From the NCBI RefSeq assembly GCF_009914755.1, contig NC_060930.1: a stretch of DNA of 64,000 bases; one strand, written 5' to 3'. The position numbers and the translations under genes were made by a program. The DNA comes from the human T2T-CHM13v2.0 reference genome, Homo sapiens. The notes beneath the pieces are model-generated. The model worked only from the letters and a program-made list of their open reading frames with translations. It was not told the origin of the DNA and searched no databases. Below are positions 59,621 through 64,000 of the stretch, piece after piece (position 1 is the first letter of the stretch; the number at the start of each line of letters is the position of its first letter).

Positions 59621-61429
59621 TTTATATTTAAACTCAGTAAAATAAATAATGTCAACAAGCTTTTAAAGTGCCACCAATTAATAATATTGGTATATTTTTA
59701 TTCAGACATATTTGAAGACCTGAGAATAATTACGTGGTATTTCCTGAGTATTTGCACATTGTATTATGAACATGTGTTTGATTTTTTCAGTAAACTCTTG
59801 GTACCCATATTTCTAATAATAAAATTTTCTATCTAAAAAAAAGTTGATTAGCTGGGAGTTTTACCATTAAGACTGAATTGATTAAATGCAAATTAATGCA
59901 AGATACAAGTAATAGTGCTTTAAAATAAGTACAGACCTGCATTTTAATTGAAAAATACCCGCAAAGAACTGCTTCATACTCTATGCTAAATCTCCCAGTG
60001 ATTTTATCAGTATGCTACATAACAGAAGAGGAGTGGTCACGATGAGCAATGAAGATAACCAATTTCTTAAATTAAAAAATACTAAGGAGATAGCAAAGAA
60101 CTACCCTTTTCTTCCTGAACCAACACATGGCTCTTTTCTGTTGCCTCTAGGCCATGCCTCCCATCCATTCATTTGACTTAAATTACAGCCAATTTAACTA
60201 ATTTGTTAGGAATATTTTAAAGCATAAGTGCCATACACAACTTTTACATTTATTTTTCATAGGCCCTTAAAACATTCGATTTGTCATCTTTTCTACATTA
60301 GAAGAGGTGACTCACTTCCGGTTTACTGGTCAAGAATCAGTAAGGCAGAAAACAAACCTATATTCCAAAGTTTAATTCAAGCTTTGTTAGATTGTACAGA
60401 TTCTGATGTCTCCTTCAGTTTCCTTCTAAAGAATGGTAAAGTTTGAAGCAGTGCTCTCTGACAGGTCAAATCTGCCAAGCCAAGGAAATATATAGATGCC
60501 CTGGTGCCATACATTTCTCTCATGGCCTCTTTCCTCTAAGTCTCAGTAATTGGATTGTCACTTGGGTGCCTGACACAGGAACTCTAAGAAAAGATGGCTT
60601 CTCAAGGAAGGGAAGGGAAAGCCCTGTGAACGATTAGGGTGATAACACCTCCCATGCTTTGGGCTCCTTTGAAACTCAAATTCCAGAATGTGAGCCTGTG
60701 AACTGTAGCAGGAAGCTAAATTAATATCAAGCAGGAGCTAACTTAGGGTTAATTCTCCACCACCACCAGTGAGTAGACCTGTTAGGTTATATTCCTGATC
60801 AGATCAAGCAGAAAAGGGTAGCGAATAGTATATTTTCAAAGGTGTGTCAAAGTAATAGAAGTAGCAAAGATCCAAACTGTATCAATTGTATCCAAATAAT
60901 ACTTTCTTTTTCTTTAGGTAAATTACCTTTTGAAAAGCATGAGAATTTTTTTTTTTTTACATATCAATTAATGTTTCCTTCCAAAAGCTTCATTCATTAA
61001 TTTCCTGCAAAAGAAAAACTTTGCTCTGTTGGATATGTTTCTTAATGACTCTGACCTTTTAGTTAACACTGCATATGGATAAAATGCTTTATCATCGTTA
61101 ATGAATTTTTCCGTGTAACAATCCCTTTAAGTTGAATAAGTAATATTATTCATTATCATTAATAGTCCTTACTGTCAGAAACAAACAGTACAGGTAATAT
61201 CAAAACAATTCTAAATGTTTTTAAGTTACATTCCATTATTGCTTTTTAAAAAAATCAATTCCCATTTCTATTGAATAAGTCGATTGCTTAAAAATACTCA
61301 TTAAGAAACTATTATGCACCACACATTATTCTGATTTAACTAGTCTAGACATGGGCATTTCTAAAAATCTCTCTGGGTTTTTAATATGTAGCCTAAGTTG
61401 AAAATCATCGCTCAGGAGGCCTGAGTCTG

Positions 61430-61840
61430 GAAGGAGGACAGGAAGCTTTCACAGGATAGGTGACATTTGAGAGAGAACCAAAGAGAAAGTAGGAATTTCC
61501 CAGAGGTTGAAGAATGGAGAAGAAACAAAGAGGCTTGACACAATCTTGGTGGGACTGGACCAACTGTTCTTGGGCAGGTAAGAAAGGAAGTGACCAGAGG
61601 AAACGAGAAGGTTTGGTCAGGACCACACTGAAAAGAGCCTTCAGAGCCATGCTGACAAGTTGAATTTTATTCAGCTGGTCACAGGGACCCACTATATCTT
61701 CACATTTTTAAGAAGCAAATATGGCCTGAGCTGATCTCTGTTTAAGAGGAAAAACCTGCGAAGTGGAGGATGAATTAGAGTGTGAGAACTTTGAAATTAG
61801 CAGAGGTTTGCATCATTCAGGTGAGAGATGATGACAGATT
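61430..61840 (-). mobile_element. L2
   Basis: ggaagctttcacaggataggtgacatttga...ttttaagaagcaaatatggcctg. Confidence 0.6.
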
Positions 61841-61979
61841 ATGATTGTCCCAAACTGACTTGCTCTATTGTACCTTGGATCACCAAATAAACATCATCGC
61901 TTCCTGTACTCGATTTTTAAATGTTATCAACAATGCTGTAAATATCATGTTAATTCTGTGCCCAGAAGATAAAAATATT

Positions 61980-62013
61980 TGGTAAAACCACAATTACTTT
62001 TGAACCAACCTAA
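61980..62013. mobile_element. MADE1 (mariner MITE) half element
   Basis: aaaaccacaattacttttgaaccaacctaa is one MADE1 TIR, followed by TA. Confidence 0.75.
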
Positions 62014-62669
62014 TAATATTCTTGATCCACAAGGATTTCAACAACTAATTCCTTGGTACTAAAGAAGCAGAAAAGAATTAAAACATAACAAAGATAGCAT
62101 TTAATACCAAGTGTCCTTTTAAAAAAATCTAGTATTTACTCAACAGATTTGAATAAATGAACTAATCAGTAGTTGTACCTACTCACTTATTACTCCTATA
62201 GTAGACACTATAGAGAATGTACAGGGAGTGTACTACTGGGTTGGAGGAACAAAATTAGCCTAACTGAAATAACAGTGCACAGTTTTGTACTAATGCTGTG
62301 ATGCAGATCACAAGTATAGGTGGCATTCAGAAGAAAATATAAAAAGTTTTGGAGGCTTCAGGGAGAATAAGGATACATTTTATTTTACTCCTAGTGGATG
62401 CTCAATAAGTATTTAGTTACTACTGCATTATACGGTATAAATGTTTATTTATTGCTGAATGACTAAGTGAAATCAGTCTTAAAATTTGCTCTAAAGATGG
62501 GCAAGATTTTGGATTGACGACATAAAATAGGGCTTTTGAGATAAAGGAAATAAATGAAGACGCTGATACAACATAGAGGTTATAATAACCATATCAAGAA
62601 TTTTAGTTTTAATGCTATCAGGACCACTGGAGGAATATTTTGCTTACAGAAGATAAAATTTAAAATGAG

Positions 62670-62938
62670 AAATTGTGTGTCTTCAAATATCTGAAAGCGA
62701 GGGAGGCTTTCACTAGAAACTCTATGACTTTCCAGAAAGCAGAATTATGCCCCAAGAGCAGATGCCAACACTACACTTTCATGCAAACTGAAATTATATC
62801 CCTTGCCAGTAAATTTTTTTCATCACTTTTGGTTTTTACTCAAAGGATTAACTTGGTGAGAATGTTATAGAAGACTTTCAAGCATAAAATAAGGCATTGC
62901 ACTAGGAGATCTTCAAAGTTTGTTCCAACTCTTATAGT
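62670..62938 (+). mobile_element. L3/CR1 3' fragment
   Basis: gtcttcaaatatctgaa...gcactaggagatcttcaaagtttgttccaactct. Confidence 0.55.
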
Positions 62939-63045
62939 TTAAGCAGCAAATATTAGAATTTGTTTGGGTTCACGTGGCTAAGTTTGGACCAAAAAAATAA
63001 AAAAATAAAAGAACCCAGAAGGCTTCTGCTTAGCTTAGCATATTA

Positions 63046-63146
63046 ATAATTAAAAGGCAGAGTTTCTCACATTGGAATAAAAAGCACAACCCAACTAAAT
63101 TCTGCCTATAAAAAACAAATTTGAAAGAGAAAGACACAAATAGATT
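63046..63146 (+). mobile_element. Old L1 ORF2 endonuclease-region fragment
   Basis: aattaaaaggcagag...acccaactaaattctgcctat...aaagacacaaatagatt is homologous to [11 protein letters not shown]...CCIQE...DTHRL. Confidence 0.65.
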
Positions 63147-63149
63147 CAA

Positions 63150-63772
63150 TGCAATACCACCACTTTGGAAAATCCTCTGGCAGTTTCTTTAAAAACTTAA
63201 AAATACACCTACCATATGATCCAGCCATTCCACTACAAGATATTTATCCAAGAAAAATTGAAAGCATATGTCTGTACAAAAACTTGTGCATGAATGTACA
63301 TGCAAATTGTATTTGTAATAACCAAAACCTGGAAACAAGCCAATATCCATCAAGAGATGAATACATGAGTAAACTATGGTATAGCGATACAATGGAATAC
63401 TGCTCAGTAATAAAAAGGAATGAACTGTTGATACATGTGATAAGGGATGAACTCAACATAATTATGGTAAGTGGAAAAAGTCTATAACACAAAGATGTGA
63501 GCATATTGTAAAATTTTATTTATATAAAGTTCTAGAAAATGCAAACTAGACTTTAGTGAAAGAAAGTCAATAGTTGTCAACGGGTGGGTGTGGTGTAGTG
63601 AATGCAGATGGGAATGGGCAGGAGGGAGAAATGACAAAGGAGAATGATGAAAGTTGGGGTGACGCATATGTTCATTATCTTAATTGTGGCACTAATTTCA
63701 TGGACATGTAAGTACATATATCAAATTGTATGCTTTAATATGTGCAGTTTGGCATACCATTGTGATTTTAAA
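63150..63772 (+). mobile_element. Old L1M (L1MC/MD-like) 3' end
   Basis: Peptide HLPYDPAIPLQDIYP and the L1M terminal sequence. Confidence 0.82.
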
Positions 63773-64000
63773 AAGTCAAGAAGTTACAAAGTAGCCATAT
63801 AAGAATGTAATTTCAGAATTTATTCATAAATGTTTTCTTTCAAGAGATGTAAGATAGGACAGGATGTGTAGAGTAGAAGAGTGACCTTACACTTGATAGG
63901 AGACTCTCAAAAATGATTGTTGGATAAAGGCTACTTGGACTACCACCAGAAACTATCTGCATGATCAACAGACACTGTGCTAGATATGCTCGCTGAGCCA

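Noticed and set aside
60902-60923. Recursive splice-like site CTTTCTTTTTCTTTAG|GTAAAT
   Set aside because: The donor half is weak and nothing else supports plus-strand splicing here.
61980-62013. MADE1 as a miR-548-type precursor
   Set aside because: Only one arm is present, so no hairpin can form.

Overview
AT-rich primate genomic DNA, almost certainly human or great ape (AluY, AluYd and L1PA2/3 are present). It looks intronic or intergenic, and I cannot support any host protein-coding gene. All long ORFs belong to a decayed, nearly full-length minus-strand L1PA2/3 at 2388-7942. That element has a perfect 14-bp TSD, is truncated midway through its 5'UTR, and carries one nonsense codon in ORF1 and a frameshift plus a nonsense codon in ORF2. 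The other ORF-track entries are Alu, L1 or low-complexity artefacts. The remainder is a layered record of retro- and DNA transposons (14 Alus, old L1M, L2, MIR, CR1, MaLR/ERVL LTRs, MER20/44/47/58/102, Charlie4) with unique segments in between. The most notable signals are: two perfect RFX X-boxes 67 bp apart next to a candidate non-coding exon bracketed by inverted Alus; a 34-bp templated insertion in an Alu tail copied from 2 kb away; three palindromes within 80 bp; a CCAAT-TATA-donor first-exon architecture; an NRF1 site inside a Z-DNA tract; and a strong minus-strand exon candidate. Repeat subfamily names come from recalled consensus sequences, not a database search. I found no clearly new biological system; the findings are hypotheses.
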